Source of the DNA: Atractiella rhizophila | Taxonomy: Eukaryota | NCBI GenBank assembly: GCA_021432655.1 | Contig: MU271350.1 | Span: forward strand, 1 to 64,000 | Direction of reading: 5' to 3' | Length of the DNA: 64,000 nt | Part shown: positions 1 to 13,577 of the stretch, one piece after another | Layout: every line of letters starts with the position of its first letter | Position numbering within the stretch: position 1 is the stretch's first letter | Made by a program: the position numbers and the translations under genes | Notes under the pieces: generated by a model | Seen by the model: only the letters and a program-made list of their open reading frames with translations | What the model was told of the DNA's origin: nothing | Database searches by the model: none

Positions 1-180
1 TGGAGCAGATCCAGCCAAAAATTGACCCTCAAAGCGGTGTTTACATGAAATTAACGGACCCGTGCCCTAACGCGTAACGCCCAAAACACAGGTTCCTCTT
101 TCTCTTTCGGCTTTTCAACCCTCTAAAAATTCTCGCGAAGAAATCAGATAATATGGGAACTCACTATCCTCCACCAGTAC

Positions 181-430
181 TGACACATTTATTAGCGCTG
201 CGAAGTGCGAGATAACAATGAGTATATATGCATTGAGTATGTAAGGAAACTACATTACCTGCGAAGTGCGAGATAACAATGAGTATAAGTCTTGCACTTG
301 CAGGTTTACAAGCTTTTATAACATAGAGATCCCTGTGGCAAAAGATTGGCCACAGTTCCAGAAAGTGCTCGAAGGAAACTAAACGCGCAAGTGCGCAAGT
401 GGCGAAAGGAGGAGGCGCACGATTCTGTCA
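181..430 (-). mobile_element. LTR (family A), probably the 5' LTR of an element extending left out of the window
   Basis: TGACA..TGTCA termini; high identity to copies at 13313, 15054, 18644 and 27537. TATAAAAG and AATAAA lie on the - strand. No TSD; the - strand 3' flank reads gtac-TGGTGGAGG, which is PBS-like. Confidence 0.8.
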
Positions 431-1937
431 ACCATTCCGTAACTCCCCTCACAATACCTCTGCATACTAACTGTCAAAGGGTTTAGCACGGCCGCCAGGA
501 AAACATACAAACATACAAAAACAAAACAGCAGTGCAAGGAGTACTAGTAGAATCCAGTAGGATGCCTTGAGCAGTTGTTCTTGCTTGAGCCGCTCTTGAA
601 GCAGGTGCTCTTGCTTTTTGAGCATTTGCTCCTGCTGTTCTTGTTGGTGTGTGATGTGGCTCGTGGTCCAGTCGGAGATTTTGAATATGACCGTCAAAAG
701 GGAAACAATGCTGAACGGGATCATTTCTCTGCAAAAGCATGCCCCATTAATATTAGCCCTCTTATGTCGTTAATACACGGCTGACGGCCATTGAATGTGA
801 AGAGAGACGAACAAACCAAAGACCAGCGGCAGTTTGTCCGCCTAAAGAGCTGACCTAGGGTAAGAAAGGCGGCTTTTGACGAGCTCCAGGGCATGGTCTT
901 TTATACTCAGCCATTGTTCAATTAGATTACTGGGATCCTTATCCATGCGCGGTTGATGCGCGATGTACATCAGCAGTCATACGAATCATTCAGATCTGGA
1001 ATGGCCGATAAACAGCAGCGGACAAAGAAGTAAACTTTAACGCCTGATGTCTGCATTATGGATAGGCGGGGGTCATACATCCATTTTCGAAAAAGAAAGA
1101 AGGCAAGTTGATGTCGTTGATCTATTGCAGTGCTCTCATCTCCTCTGCAACATGCATAGGAATTGAATCCTCCTCAGTAGCAGCAAAAAGAAAGGCGATG
1201 GAGGAAGTGGGCCAGGACGGGTCGAAGAGCGAATCATGGAACAGGCGATATCGTCAGTGATGATGCTTTTATTCTTCATTTCGAACTATCTCTTGAGATT
1301 TTGCCAGGCTCAGTGCCAGTTTGTTATGAGGCAATGCGAGCATTCAACAATTCCACTTTCAGGTGAACCACGTGATGGTGGAGAAAGAACTGGCGCGGCT
1401 CCCCGATGGTCAAAGCTATCTGCAGTCAAAACATGAATGGCGTTGAAGCGACGAACTTAAACATATGGGCTTGATGACTTGATGACTTGCATGCTAGTTA
1501 AGGTTGGAATCCTAGAATGTCATGAAGTGTTCAGATTTCTCGAATTGAAAACGCTCGTTGAATACAATTCCTCCGGTGCCCCAACGAACAATTCTCGCAC
1601 CCCCGCGGAAGAAGTCGATGAGTACGATGAGAGGCGGTGTTGAAATGTGCAACATCGAACAGATAGTGAGAACTTGGCCCAACTCCACAATTCTCGTACT
1701 CCAGTTAGATGTGTCGAAAGGATCATCGTTCCAAACTTGGCATCTGCCGCCTGCAGCGCACAAGAGTTGGAAGCTGTGACTAGTCGCTGCAACCCTACCA
1801 GAAATTGCGTTTCAAAATGGCGAGACTGGATCTTTACTGCCCTTGTCAAGTAGGGGCAGTGTTGCAGTTGTTTCGTCAAGCGAAGTTGTGGGGAAGACTG
1901 AATGCATTCGACATCGATGAAATTTACAACCTGAACA

Positions 1938-4135
1938 CTATCGAGCATTAGAACTTCTCAGCCTCTTGTTTCCATCTGCTTCCATTGCCACTCGTTTCCT
2001 CTTGCTACTCAAAAGAAGAGTGTCCCTAGGAACTGCCTCGTCTGTCCGACTTCGCCATGTTCCCCTCTCGTCCTTGAGAGCGTCCAATAAACCTTCGACA
2101 TAAAGTTGTGAGTGCTCATTCGAGCAATCCTCTGGTCGGCCCTCTCATTGGCCACCTTCATTATCTTCTCTGGTGCTTCATACCCCTGCAAATCGTCAAG
2201 AATTTGATCTATTAATTCGCTGCGAGCGATCAAACGGTCCGAAAGACTTCGGAAGAGTTTCCGGATTAGTTGATGAAGTTCGTCAGTGGCGACCTTGAGT
2301 TCGTCGGCGCCACCCAAGACAATGCCTTTTCGGCCATCGACTGTTGACCAAATGTCGCCCTTCATTCTATTGAAGTGACTGAGCAAGTGTTCTTGTTTTT
2401 CCTCTCTCAATCCGCTTTGTGCGTATGATATAACCGTCCAGGTCAGAACGTAAATGAACGATTCAATGTCGTCTTCGGGCTCGTGGGGGACATCGTCCTC
2501 TGAGAGGATTCCTTCTAGGAGTCGACGGGACATGAACTCGTAAGTGCCCTGTCCTACTTGTTATTTACTGTACGAGAGTATTGAGAAAACACGTACTGTT
2601 CGCTCTCGCGAAGTGGGAGGGTCACTTGTTTTCTTTGCAAACTCCCAATCAATCAAATATCCCTTTAGCCCATCTTCAATTGGGCCAAGAAGGATGTTCC
2701 CGAAAGAGACATCACGATGCAACATTTTGAGGTTTCTCCAGGCTGCATAGTGAGCTGTGTACCAAACCTGTTGGATGAGATTCGTTTTCCGAGGAAGACA
2801 GGAGCAGCTCACCCTCAAAAGCGTCTGAAAATCCCTTCACGAGCTCATAACTACTTCTGAATTTGCTGAGCGGCCGTCCGACTTTATCCAGAACAATTCG
2901 ATAGTGGACCAACTCAGATTCGTCTTCTTCGGTCATCGAAAGCTTGGCGCGTTGGAATTTGCCACCTACCTCGCCTTCGGCAACAACTTGGAGGATATTT
3001 GGAACTTTATTTTGACGTAACTCGGCGTAGATTTCACCTTCGGAAGGGTACTCAGAGTGTCGCCAGGTGTCCTTGAGGAGGACGAGGCGTTTCTGTTCCG
3101 GGTCATAGGCCTCGAAGCATCTTGTGCCTCGACCGATAGGTTGATTGTGACGAAAGGTGAAGGGTTCTGAAAGATAGAACGCCTTGTTTTCCACATTTAC
3201 CTTGAAGATTGGGTTACCAGTGGTAACATTGAGCTTCGCCTTAGCCTCTTCGGCATGATCATCGTCTTCGCGGAGGGTCTGCATCGTCGTGTCGTGTCCC
3301 CTTTCGGCATCATCCGCGTGCGTGTAACGCCAAAAGAATTCGCGGAGGTAGGGGGTCGTAATGTAGTCGAACGACGGCGTCACTAGGAAACCTGCACGAG
3401 AATGACAGAGAAGACGAGCGGAGTGCTCGCGAACACAGAACGAGAAGACTCTCGTTCTCTGTTGGGAAGAAAGAACCACGCTGCTGTAAATCGTAAGTTG
3501 GCCGCGCGCCAATTTTGCAGCATGCGCGTTGCCTTCTGCCACTTTGCCAGCCTGATCATCGCGAAAAGGCTCATCCTTGCGCACCCTCTTGAATTCTCCA
3601 AACGACTCCGCTCTCTTCATGACCGTATTGGTCTCCCCATGATAACAATAGAGGACGATATCAGGTTTAATGCCGCTAACGCCATTCACTTGTAGAAAAT
3701 CTCGATCAGTCTTGCCACTAGTGTTGACGAGCTCCCACGTTTCATTGATGAAAGGCTTCATATACGTTATCTAAAGATATAATATGAAAAGGAAGTTTAA
3801 GAAACCAAGACGCTCACGAAGGCGTCGTAGTGAGTGGGTTCGACTCCTGAAACATCCGGTGCTGAGAGGGAGCTGTGGGGTAGGTCCCCGTTGGACGGCA
3901 GCATTTGTAGAAACTTGTCCACAGACAATGTTGCGTATTTCCCCCTCATATCGCCGCAGACGAAGTCGTAGGCATCCTCATTTTCTGTCACTGGAATGAT
4001 TTGACCGTCATGGTTGGAGCTGCTGGCTAGCCGCTTCGGGGTCGGCTTTATTAGAGAGGGATTGGCGGAGTTGCTAGTAGGGGGGGTAGTAGCTTCAGGT
4101 TGGGGAGTAAGGGGGGCAGTCGGACTCGTGGCCAT
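1938..4135 (-). CDS. Fungal-type protein kinase (FunK1 / Pkinase_fungal-like), multi-exon
   Basis: Motifs KPDI, GEFK, GRGTRCF, LKDTW, LHRDVSFGNIL, LIDWEF, HEPEDDIESF. GT-AG introns near 3771-3817, 2760-2812 and 2550-2595. A 1-nt frameshift in a homopolymer near 2090 separates the paralog-like C-terminus (LLDALKD..KRKR). Confidence 0.85.
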
Positions 4136-4220
4136 CGATATCGTTGGACGGGCCGGGAACTTGGAATGTCGAGTGAGTGGGGTTGGTCTGCGGTCTGCTT
4201 GGTCGTGGTGAAGTGGTCGG

Positions 4221-4352
4221 CCCCCAGGGGTTTGCACATGCGAAAAATAGTTTTGCGCTTCAATTTTGAGAAATTTTGCAGCCAAAAAGCAGGTCAAAAC
4301 TGATCGACAAGTTTTATCGCCGACAAACCTTGGGCACGGGTCTGGTCTGCTG
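4221..4352. repeat. ~130-bp non-coding module between the divergent kinase and BTB genes; second copy at 43077-43495
   Basis: Direct match ccccaggggtttg..gcgcttcaattttgagaaa..gcagccaaaaagcaggtcaaaac..ctggtctgctg. Confidence 0.8.
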
Positions 4353-4574
4353 TTGCAGCGAAGGTACACATACCTGTTGTGACGCAATCAACAAAAAAGA
4401 CTGTATTGAAGGATGAAGCTTACCGGACGTGCCCGTCCCGCAGTGGTTGCGTGTCCTTGTCGATCCTTGCCTGTCGAAGTCGAAGTGGATGTCAACGTTT
4501 GTGATGTTTAAGAAGAACACTCCTTTTTGACAGCATTGAGAGATCAGTTTGCTGTGATCCAGACAACCTTCAAG

Positions 4575-5741
4575 ATGGCAGAAGGGATGCCCAAGATGCC
4601 CAGCTCCACAAAGCTGAACTTTGCCCCCGACTTCCCACGATTGGATGATTGCGATTTGATCCTTGTGTTGAAAGATGGTACGGCCTTTGCAATGAAGAGA
4701 ACACTTCTTCAGCAGCACTCATCTGTCTTCGCTGACATGCTCCAAATTCCTAATATCTGCCGCAATTCAACCCCACCCGAGTCTCCAGAGAATCCGATCC
4801 CAGTCGTCTAATTAGACGATAATACTAAAGCTCTCACATTCATTTTGGATATCTTTCATGCAAGAGATAATGATCTGACGCGAGGGAATGAGCTCTCCAT
4901 GGACTTTCTTATGGAATTATTACAAGTAGCAGATAAATATCAGCTCGCATTCATTGTAGTGATATGCAGGCTGAATGTCATGTAAGTCCAAGCCATCGCG
5001 GAGTAGCGGTTTTTCTGACGGTGCCACAGGTGCCGATCGACTACTGTTGATGCTAAGGATGCTATTCGCCTTTATCTCGCTTTCCACGCACTCGGCGACA
5101 ACACTGGCGTCGAATTCTGTTCAAAGTTAGCCTTAGACCATATACCACTCAGCAATCGTGTCCAGTCTTCTGATTACAAGAATGAAAAATTCTTTGCAGC
5201 TAGCGCGATGAATAAATTGGTGCGTACTCCTGACCGTTCTGACACTCCTTCCTTCCTCTCATTGGTCCCTGGAAATCATAAAGTGCCTTACATTTTACGA
5301 GCGGCACTTCCTTTTGACGAAGGCAGTACTATCCATGTACAACAGGTACGACTCTGACGCAATTTTCCGAACTCTGCATTCCATGGGATGGAAACAAGCG
5401 CTCGAATATTGCAACCAAAATTACTCAAAACTCTGGACTGAGTTGCAAGAATTGACCACAAAGGTATCCTTAGCGTGAATGATCGGATCTGTGGAAGAAG
5501 GGTGAGGTTGTTGTGTTGCTGTAGAGCCAATTGGCAGACGTAGGAAGACCTCAGTATGATCGAGCCATTAGACAATAAAGAGGTTGCAAAAGATCAAGCA
5601 GACTCATCCCCCCCAAGAGTCGGAGTCGGTCAGCATTATAAATGTGCGGTTTGTGGCTGGTTTCACAAAACCCTCAGAGCAGACCCGGACCGGTCACCTA
5701 AGGAGCATCAGAGGCGACCTTGCAGTAGTGGCTCAGTATGA
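4575..5741 (+). pseudogene. BTB/POZ-domain protein with an in-frame stop
   Basis: DCDLILVLKDGTAFAMKRTLLQQHSSVFADML; after TAA at 4809-4811 the frame continues LDDNTKAL..LLQVADKY. Introns near 4982-5029 and from ~5220. Confidence 0.7.
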
Positions 5742-6039
5742 AGCGCCAGATGGGCTCAAGTCTGAACTGCGAAAGTCTTTTCATGTAGGAGCGTGAAACA
5801 ATGCCGGTTCGGACACACAAATGTCGTACATTGTAATGTTAGGTTGTGGCCTGCAGCACTTCAGCAGCAGTGCCAAACTAGCGTGGTACTGCAGTTTCTT
5901 TGCTCAAACCCCCTTCAGCTTACCTTCATCGAAGTACTTCTTTCCGCTGTGTTTCCAGAAGCAAGGAACGAACGCCGGACAACCCGGTCTTTGAAAGAGA
6001 TCCGAAGGAAGTCAACCGCCACCTTCGCCTTCACGTTAC

Positions 6040-6924
6040 CCTAAGCAGCGCTCAATGCCTAAGATCTGAGTGCACCTCTCCTTCGGGAAAATTTTATTCC
6101 CACCAACCCTCCTCGGTATACATCAGAACAGAACAAAATCCTCACAGCAAGGGTGAGCCTTCTGCCCTGTCCCTTTCTGTGCGGTCTTGCCTCTTGGCTT
6201 ACGTGGGCTCTCGTGCCCTGCCTGAATCAACTCATCCTTGTTATACTGCAATCCAGGCCCGCAAGCATGCACGATCATTCCGCGCACCCACAGGCATACA
6301 CCCCACCACTCCGTTCTCATATACCAACTCATTGTGACGCTACTGAAGGAACTACTTGCAAAGATGTCATGATCAAGCTCAGCCAAATGAGAACTAGTTG
6401 TTTTGTTGTTGTTGTTGTTGTGATCATATTTCAGAGCATACAGACTATAGTCAACGGAGCTCTGTATCACTTGGACTAGCGATCAAAAGTAATGAAAAAG
6501 GGTACCAGGAGGAGTTGGCTCATGAATAAAACAGGCAAGCAGTTGAAATGACCAGGCATCACCAGTTGTCTGTCCAGCGGAGAGCTGCTGAAGCATAGCT
6601 TGAAAAATGCCTTTGCAGTATCAGACCATGCCGCCTCAGATAGCTGCTTGATGCGATGACGATATCCTTAACCCATGGGGGCAAAAAAGGCTAGCACTGT
6701 GAGAAGGAAATGCGGCAACTTTCCACAAAGCAGGGATGTCCCCAATGAGCACAAGAAGCAAAACAGAGAGCACAAGTCCTAGTGTGGTATTGGTGGGCGG
6801 CGTACGAAATACTCTGGCTTCTTGCAAAATTTCTAGATCTTGCACAATAGGTTCAAGAATGTTATTGATCGTAATAATCGTAGGCTCTTTCCCTCCCAAC
6901 GTTAATCCAGCAACGAATAGGTTC
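6040..6924 (-). mobile_element. CACTA/CMC (Tnp2-like) transposase remnant, interrupted by a hAT element
   Basis: NLFVAGLTLGGKEP..NNILEPIVQDL..DIPALWKVAAFPSHSASLFC matches the Transposase_21-type core; heavily decayed, left boundary approximate. Confidence 0.7.
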
Positions 6925-9900
6925 TAGGGATGGGCAACGTGCGGTCCCGGGACGGGTTTGGGGAAACCCGTACGTTTCTCAACGTCGACTGACGGCGGGC
7001 GGGTGCGTGAAGACGGGTTCCAAAGGTGGAGTCGCACGTCAAGTCGACCGGTTACGGGTCTAGAGTGGGTTCACGTGTCGCGTCTTGCAATACTCTATTC
7101 TATTTTGAAGATGTGTACTAGTTTATTAAGCTGAAGTAAGCAAGCAACGTGATGCAGAGGAAGCGAAAGAATAAGAGGAAGAAATGACACAATGGATATA
7201 AACTTCATAAATGTCGATTAAGATCCGTTAGCAGCGTCAGCCAGGGCTACCTTCAGTTCCCTCGTCTTCTCATCTCTCTCCAAATTCAACTGAGCCTTAA
7301 GAACCATGAGAGCTTGAATGGTGTCCGGTTTAAGGTGTGCACGACGGATGCCAATCGTGTCACGCGCTCCGCTGAACACACGCTCCACAGCAACAGAGCA
7401 TCCTTTGTGCAATCACGCTGGTCAGCTTGAAACCCAGAATAGATAATAGTAAAAGTCAAACCAGGAATAGAAAGAATGTCCCTTGCCATTTGGGACCACT
7501 CTTTCAAGTCAGTCTTGGACCTCGCTCGGTAAACCTCTAAGGGATCCGTTGTCCAGTCCTGCAGAGGAAGGCTAAACCAGATATTTGCGTTGCTTGTTCT
7601 CATCCTCCTGGACTGCTTTGATTCGCTGATTGGCCTTCTGCATGAGTTTTGCTGCGTAAGAAAGTGCTGGCTGTGTCGTTTGTTTGGAGGATGCGTTAGG
7701 AGAGGAGCTGTTTGATGGTGATGAACGACCTTTGCGCAGGTAGTTGACTTTAAAATGGTTGATCAATGCCATTTTGCTCGCCTCAATTGCATTCCGGTAT
7801 TCGTCGAAAACAGAGTTTGCAAAAAAGTGGTGATTCAGGCGAGGATCAAGAACTATGATGGACAGCGTGAGAGTGAGAAGTGAGGGCAGAGAGAAAACTA
7901 CTTACAAACAGACCACAGTGGATAAGGAGATTGATCCAAGAGGGCGTTGTAAGTGCTCAACTTTGTATGAGCATTTACTAAGCCGTCCCTGAACACCTCC
8001 GGAATAGTAGGACACATCTCTGTGATTGCCTCTTTAAGCTCTCCCATAAGCCCGTAATACACACCTAGGGTTGAAGAGAGGGATGGAGAGGAGGTAGTTG
8101 ACATCTCGAGTGTGGCATTACGAAAGGACTCGAGCCAGGTAGTAACCACCCCTACCCCGTCCCATTCTGCCTTCGTCAAACGTTGCCGCTCCAACCCACA
8201 CTGATCCACATATTTCTCTATCGCTTCTCGATATCGAAGGCAAAGCACAAGCATGTCGTGTGTTGATGACCAGCGAACACGTACGTCCAGGATGAGAATC
8301 TTCAGCTCTTCATATGAACATTTTCCAAGCCCATCAAGGGTTTCCTCAAGTATTTTGAACCATGATTTGCGTCGCTGAGGTGTTAGACGAAGGTGTTTAA
8401 TGATAGATCGAAGCTGGAGTGGAACACACTCAGCAATGTGTCGGTACTGACAATATACTTGATCAAAAGGTCATCAAATACTTGCTGATCAAAGGCCTAA
8501 ACATCGTCAGCATGAATCAGGCGGAATAGAATACATACTTGGCTTTTATACTCCTCCATCAGCCAGTTCATCATCTTCTTAATTGATGAAGCCTATAATT
8601 TCGCTTTCTCCCTGTCTGCCTCCGTAATCTGTCAAATGTATCAATAACTCATAGAACAACAAGTCAAACGAAGAACAAACGGGAATGCGGCCTGCAACTT
8701 TGTCAATATCCTCCTGAGAAATATCAACTTCCCGCTTTCCTATAAGTCTGAACTTTTGGTAAAGGGCATAAGCCCCTTTATGATTTTGGGCTGTCTTCAG
8801 ATGGTTTTCGAGAACAGAATAGTTATTATGGCTTGCTTTTGTCACTCGAGACATGTAGTCACAGTGATTGCATTGATAATACTTGTCTCCTTGGACATGC
8901 CCTTTCCTGACCCATTTGGGCATGGAATCTTGGGAGACTTGGTTGAAGAAATTGTGGATGATGGCACGGCGTCGAATGTTGGCCTACATCAGACGGGTGA
9001 GAGAGACCAAACCATACTGGAAAGGATGTATCTACCTTAGAGCGCTTACGCTGTTGAATGCGCATCTGAAGAGGAGTGTGAGGCGTCATTGTGGAGACAG
9101 GCTGTGCTTGGATCTGTGAGAGGATTCAATTTCCGAAACTGTGAGCAGAATAGGGGACTGACCTGACTGCGCTTCCATGACTTCTTGAATGTCTTTGTTG
9201 GCAACATGTTGGCCACCTCCTCATTTGAGACCTCGATCTCATCTTCTTCTCCCTTTCCGCTTCCCTCTTCACTGATATCCATCTCCAAAGCATCTTCCTC
9301 ACCTGAAGAAAGGACGAAAAGGCCGCCATCCCCTCCTGTCTCATCAACTATCAAATTCCGCAGCGAGGAAGTTGTGAAAATGGATGGCAGCCGCACGCAA
9401 TGAAGCCTTTCGAGATCGAACAAGGTAGTCAGGGATGCCGTATGTCTTTTCACTTTCACGCAGCCCATCCCAAACAGATTTGAGGCTCTTGAGCCCACGT
9501 CGAAAACCGGAATCTGCTGAAGACTGGGGGCGGTATCCAGAGAAGGCACGGTGGAAGGGGCAATCACTGTCTTCATCCTTGGAGGACAGCTGGGTCTGAA
9601 GGTGTTTGCATGTTGTATAAAGCCAGGAAGTAGTCTATACTTGATGGGTGAAAATTTGAGACCGGATCAAGTGAAATAACACACATAATCTTGATCATGT
9701 CCTATCGTTGCAGCGGCTGCCATCAAAACCTCAAGCTCCTCGTATCCAGGATTGTCTGAGTTCCTATCACACAATTAATAGTCAATGAACAGCACAAATC
9801 GTCAAGGGACATAGACATACGCTTCTCGTTCATGCTTCTTTTTCTCTGCCTCACTGATGGCAGTTCCTTCTTCATTATTCCGCTTCACCATGTCTACAAT

Positions 9901-10313
9901 CTTGATTTGTCGAGCTGGCCTTTTGGACACCATGTTGATAGACCGTTTTGCGGGAATGACAAAAGCTCTAGAGGTCTGCCTCCTTTTATCGACTTTTTGG
10001 TTGGGAAGCGGCAGGTCGAGAGGAGAGGCCGGGGTAACATTGTTGGGGAAGAATGTTCTGGAGGCTCCAAGGACTGGGAATGGGTGGCAGAACATCGCGA
10101 AGCTTCCATGTAATGTTGTCAGGTGAGAACCTATTGGACTGTTGACGAAGGACTTACGAAGACGGGGTACACAAACTTTGGCGCGACGCAAGTCCTCCCG
10201 TCCCGTCAACAAAGCGGGCGAGTAAGACGGGTCACTGTTCAGATCCCACACGTCAAAAACGACGTCGAACCCGTACGGGTTTACGACCCGTCCCGTCCCA
10301 TTGAGCATCCCTA
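6925..10313 (-). mobile_element. hAT DNA transposon, internally deleted
   Basis: TIRs TAGGGATG / CATCCCTA; subterminal gacggg/cccgt repeats; encodes hAT transposase pieces. Confidence 0.85.
7218..9933 (-). pseudogene. hAT transposase lacking the central catalytic segment
   Basis: BED-like YQCNHC, DVRVRWSSTHDML, dimerization motif SVAVERVFSGARDTIGIRRAHLKPDTIQALM; the CxxH region is absent; start codon tentative. Confidence 0.8.
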
Positions 10314-11199
10314 GGCAAAGGTTCAGTTCACTCCTGAAACTTACAACAGAGTCTACAGCGCCGTTTTGCAGCGGACGAGCAGGCCATCAGCCGATACTCT
10401 GAGCGCTATAAACAGAGCAGCCTGTAAGTCTCTTTCAATGTCTACTGTGAGGCCGCTCAGACGTGCTCAGGTGGACAAACTTCCTCAAGCCCTGCGATCT
10501 CCCTTGCAGGACCTTCTATCACACCTGTCGACGCGGCGGCAAAGGACGCTGACGACCTTGCAAGGTGCCTGGGCCTCTCGTCAGCATCTCGATCTCCACC
10601 TAGTTTCATTGATCCATCCCTACTGAATGAACCAGTCACTCTTGATCATCCTGCAGCAATTTTGGAGCTGATCAAGCAGAGGAAGCACAAGAACATGAAG
10701 GGGACTCGGATATGCTCGACTATGGGACCGTGCGAACTGGACAATCGTGGCCAAAGGATGTATTTGCTGCCGATCGCATGCAAGGGATGGAGATTGACGA
10801 TGCGGAACAACAGCACGATGATGGGTGGGGATGTTGATGAATTTCAAGACTGAGCTACGGAGGAATATTAGCTGGTTGAGGTAACCCTTAGATTACAGCT
10901 TTACTTTAATAATCATGGATTTCACAATGTACAACAAGAGAAGAGAACCACTACAAGGACGGACAGTGATACAAAGGAGTCGATAGCGCGTAGCTCATAG
11001 CGCTATAGTGATATAGCGACATGAGGCGCCTAGCTGATAGGGCAATAGCAGTGCTCCTATTGTGCTACCATAGAGCCCAGGTGACAAAAACCCTATGAGT
11101 TATCCTAGGACGTGTAGGGTCATAGCCACACTCAGAAACTGCTGATGAACATGGAAGCCTTCGTCAGCGAGTTATGGGGAATTGAGATAAGTTGGGTCA

Positions 11200-11645
11200 A
11201 TCGGTCATTCCCGCTGGATAAGGTCATGTCGGTGGATGGGATAGAGGAAACTACTCCAATTCAAACGGCATTCGCATGAACAAGCTTGGATGAAAACGAT
11301 CATTCTTAATGCCTCTGCTGGATGAACGCCTATTGCTGCGGTCAAACTTTGTTATTTAGAAATGTGCCGAATCCAAGGAGCAATTTCTTAGCCATTCAGG
11401 TTGGAGATGTTTCTGAATGCAAGGCTTTCCCTCGTAGGGCACGAATAATATTGACAACTGTGGCTTAGGCCATTCGAAGAAATACGTTGGATCAAATGAT
11501 CGGTCATTTCTGGTGGATAAGGTCATTTCGGTGATAGGATAGATGAAACCACCACCAATTCAAACGGCCATTCTCATGGATAAGCTTGGATGAAAACGGT
11601 CATTCTTGATACATCTTCGAGATGAACTCCTATTACTGCGTGCAA
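11200..11645. repeat. Unclassified repeat, ~1.5 tandem units with ~300-bp period
   Basis: ggataaggtcat..ccaattcaaacgg..aagcttggatgaaaacg..gatgaac occurs at ~11216 and ~11515; further copies at 25178 and 26460. Confidence 0.8.
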
Positions 11646-13312
11646 AATGGAGTTTTCTATTTCTACTCTGATGAGAAACAGGTCGTGGCCAGACGGACTC
11701 CTCCTTTCCCTCGCATACGATCATTTTTTAGGAAGCATCTGTTCTCATTCATCCTTTACATATTCTGTTGCTCACGATTGCTACTCTCAAACCTCAAAAA
11801 ATGATGTTGGTGCCATTCGACCATCTGTTTCCTCATTGACCTGGACGACAGGGGCAATAAAAAGCGCTATGTCGGCAACCTCCCTACAATCTCGACCACA
11901 CCACATTACGGACAATCTTCGTGCAGTACGGGTCGATTCACGATTGTGTGATCATGATGGATAAAGAGACTCCGAACAAGAGTAGAGGCTATGGTTTCGT
12001 CACCTTTCGGGAACTGGAAGATGCAATGAAAGCCCGTACGCTACTTTTTCGACGACACGATAGGTCAATCATCCGTTTTTGAACAGGTGTATCTTCAAAT
12101 GGTTTCATCCTTGTGAGTCTCCTTCCCCTTCTGTCTCCCCAGCACTGACTGGAGGACAAGGGTAAGAACCCCGAACCTCTTTGCGGCACTAGTCAAAACT
12201 GAGTAGTCATTCAGAAGGCAGAACCATCGTCGTAGACTTCTCTGTGAGCTAATATTTATCATTCCGACTCTAATGTTAACTTTCTTCACAGGACTCAGCT
12301 CGCGAAAAGTAACAATGAGGCAAAAGTTGCGGCGTGCGGGTGAGCCACTCCTTCCATTCCACACGATTCAACTCCCAAAACCTTCCCGGGGAAGAAACTA
12401 AAACGAGATCGCATAACGATCTGCACCTCATCTTCTCTGCACCAGTTCATTCTCATGTTTTTACTCCTAATCGATCTTTCGGAGGTGGTGCGTGTATGTC
12501 CTCTTACCTTTCGGCTTAGACGCAACAAGCGCCTGTATCCTCTGCGTTACTTCCACTCCAACAAACCTTTCCGTTGCTTTCCACATTCAAGACTTCATCT
12601 ACTGAGTGCCAAAATCTCGTCATACTTTATCGGCTTTCTTTGGAACAATTTGGATAGGTCTTTGTTATATCACTGGGGCTATTCGTCGAAAATTGGTTTA
12701 GTTGAAAAGACTTTCAACAATACAACAGTTGCATAATGATAAACGCGAAACTGGAGAGTCGTGGCTGTTGTAAGCGTGACGAATCAAAATTTGTTGGGTG
12801 CTGGCTCTCAAACTGCTGGGTTACTAGCCTTGATTCAGGAGTAACCGATGAAATAGGTGGATTACAACAAGGTCGAAATCCGCTGCCTCCATCACTATTA
12901 AGTTCGATAAGCTGCCAGGGACTCAATGTCGGAGCGCGACGGCATTACCATAACACTTCACGTTCATGTGTGAAGCAATCGATCCGATATGCCCAACGAG
13001 GAAAGCTTCCTTAAGGTGCTCAGTAAGGGTTTCATGGTATCTTCCTGTAATGCTTTTGCGTCCCTCCGAACTATTCCGCCATTGGCGTGTGGAGTGAGAA
13101 ACCAAGCATGCAAGCGGCGACAGGACCGTAAAAATCCCCCTCTCATGCTACTTTGCACTCATTCCTATTTCTCGATCGCTCCTCCATCTATCTTCAACCT
13201 TGTAACCCTTCATAAGCATGTCTGCAGGCAAGTCCTCGGTGGTCGAATCTTGTTGCTGACTGATAGACGTTCGCATAATGAATTGAATGATACGGGATGT
13301 CGATGTGTCTCG

Positions 13313-13577
13313 TGACAAATTTATTAGCGCTGCGAAGTGCGAGATAACAAATAAGTGTATGTTGCCAGGTATGTTGCATTCAGTATGTAAGGGAACTACA
13401 TTACCTGCGAAGTGCGAGATAACAAATAAGTGTGAGTCTCGCACTTGCAGGTGAAAGGCTTTTATAGCTAAGATCCCTGTGGCAAAAGAGAAGTTGCCAC
13501 AGTTCCAGAACACGCTCGACGAAAGTGGAAACGCGCACGTGCGCAAGTGGCGAAAGGAGGAGGGGTACGATTTGTCA
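13313..13577 (-). mobile_element. Solo LTR (family A)
   Basis: TGACA..TGTCA with perfect 5-bp TSD tctcg. Confidence 0.9.

Noticed and set aside
181..430. Repeated 21-mer ctgcgaagtgcgagataacaa as a CRISPR-like array or MITE
   Set aside because: Only two units per copy, with the same intervening sequence between copies. TG..CA ends and 5-bp TSDs indicate LTRs.
467..1948. Short ORFs (Q-rich/TM 467-724; 1520-1948)
   Set aside because: No recognisable domain or consistent exon structure.
6399..6421. (GTT)n microsatellite
   Set aside because: Short simple repeat with no further structure.
10980..11120. atagc-rich stretch ending gtgtaggg as the CACTA remnant's terminus
   Set aside because: No convincing partner TIR or TSD near 5750-6050.
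11900..13310. Possible decayed gene on the - strand
   Set aside because: Multiple stops and no identifiable family.
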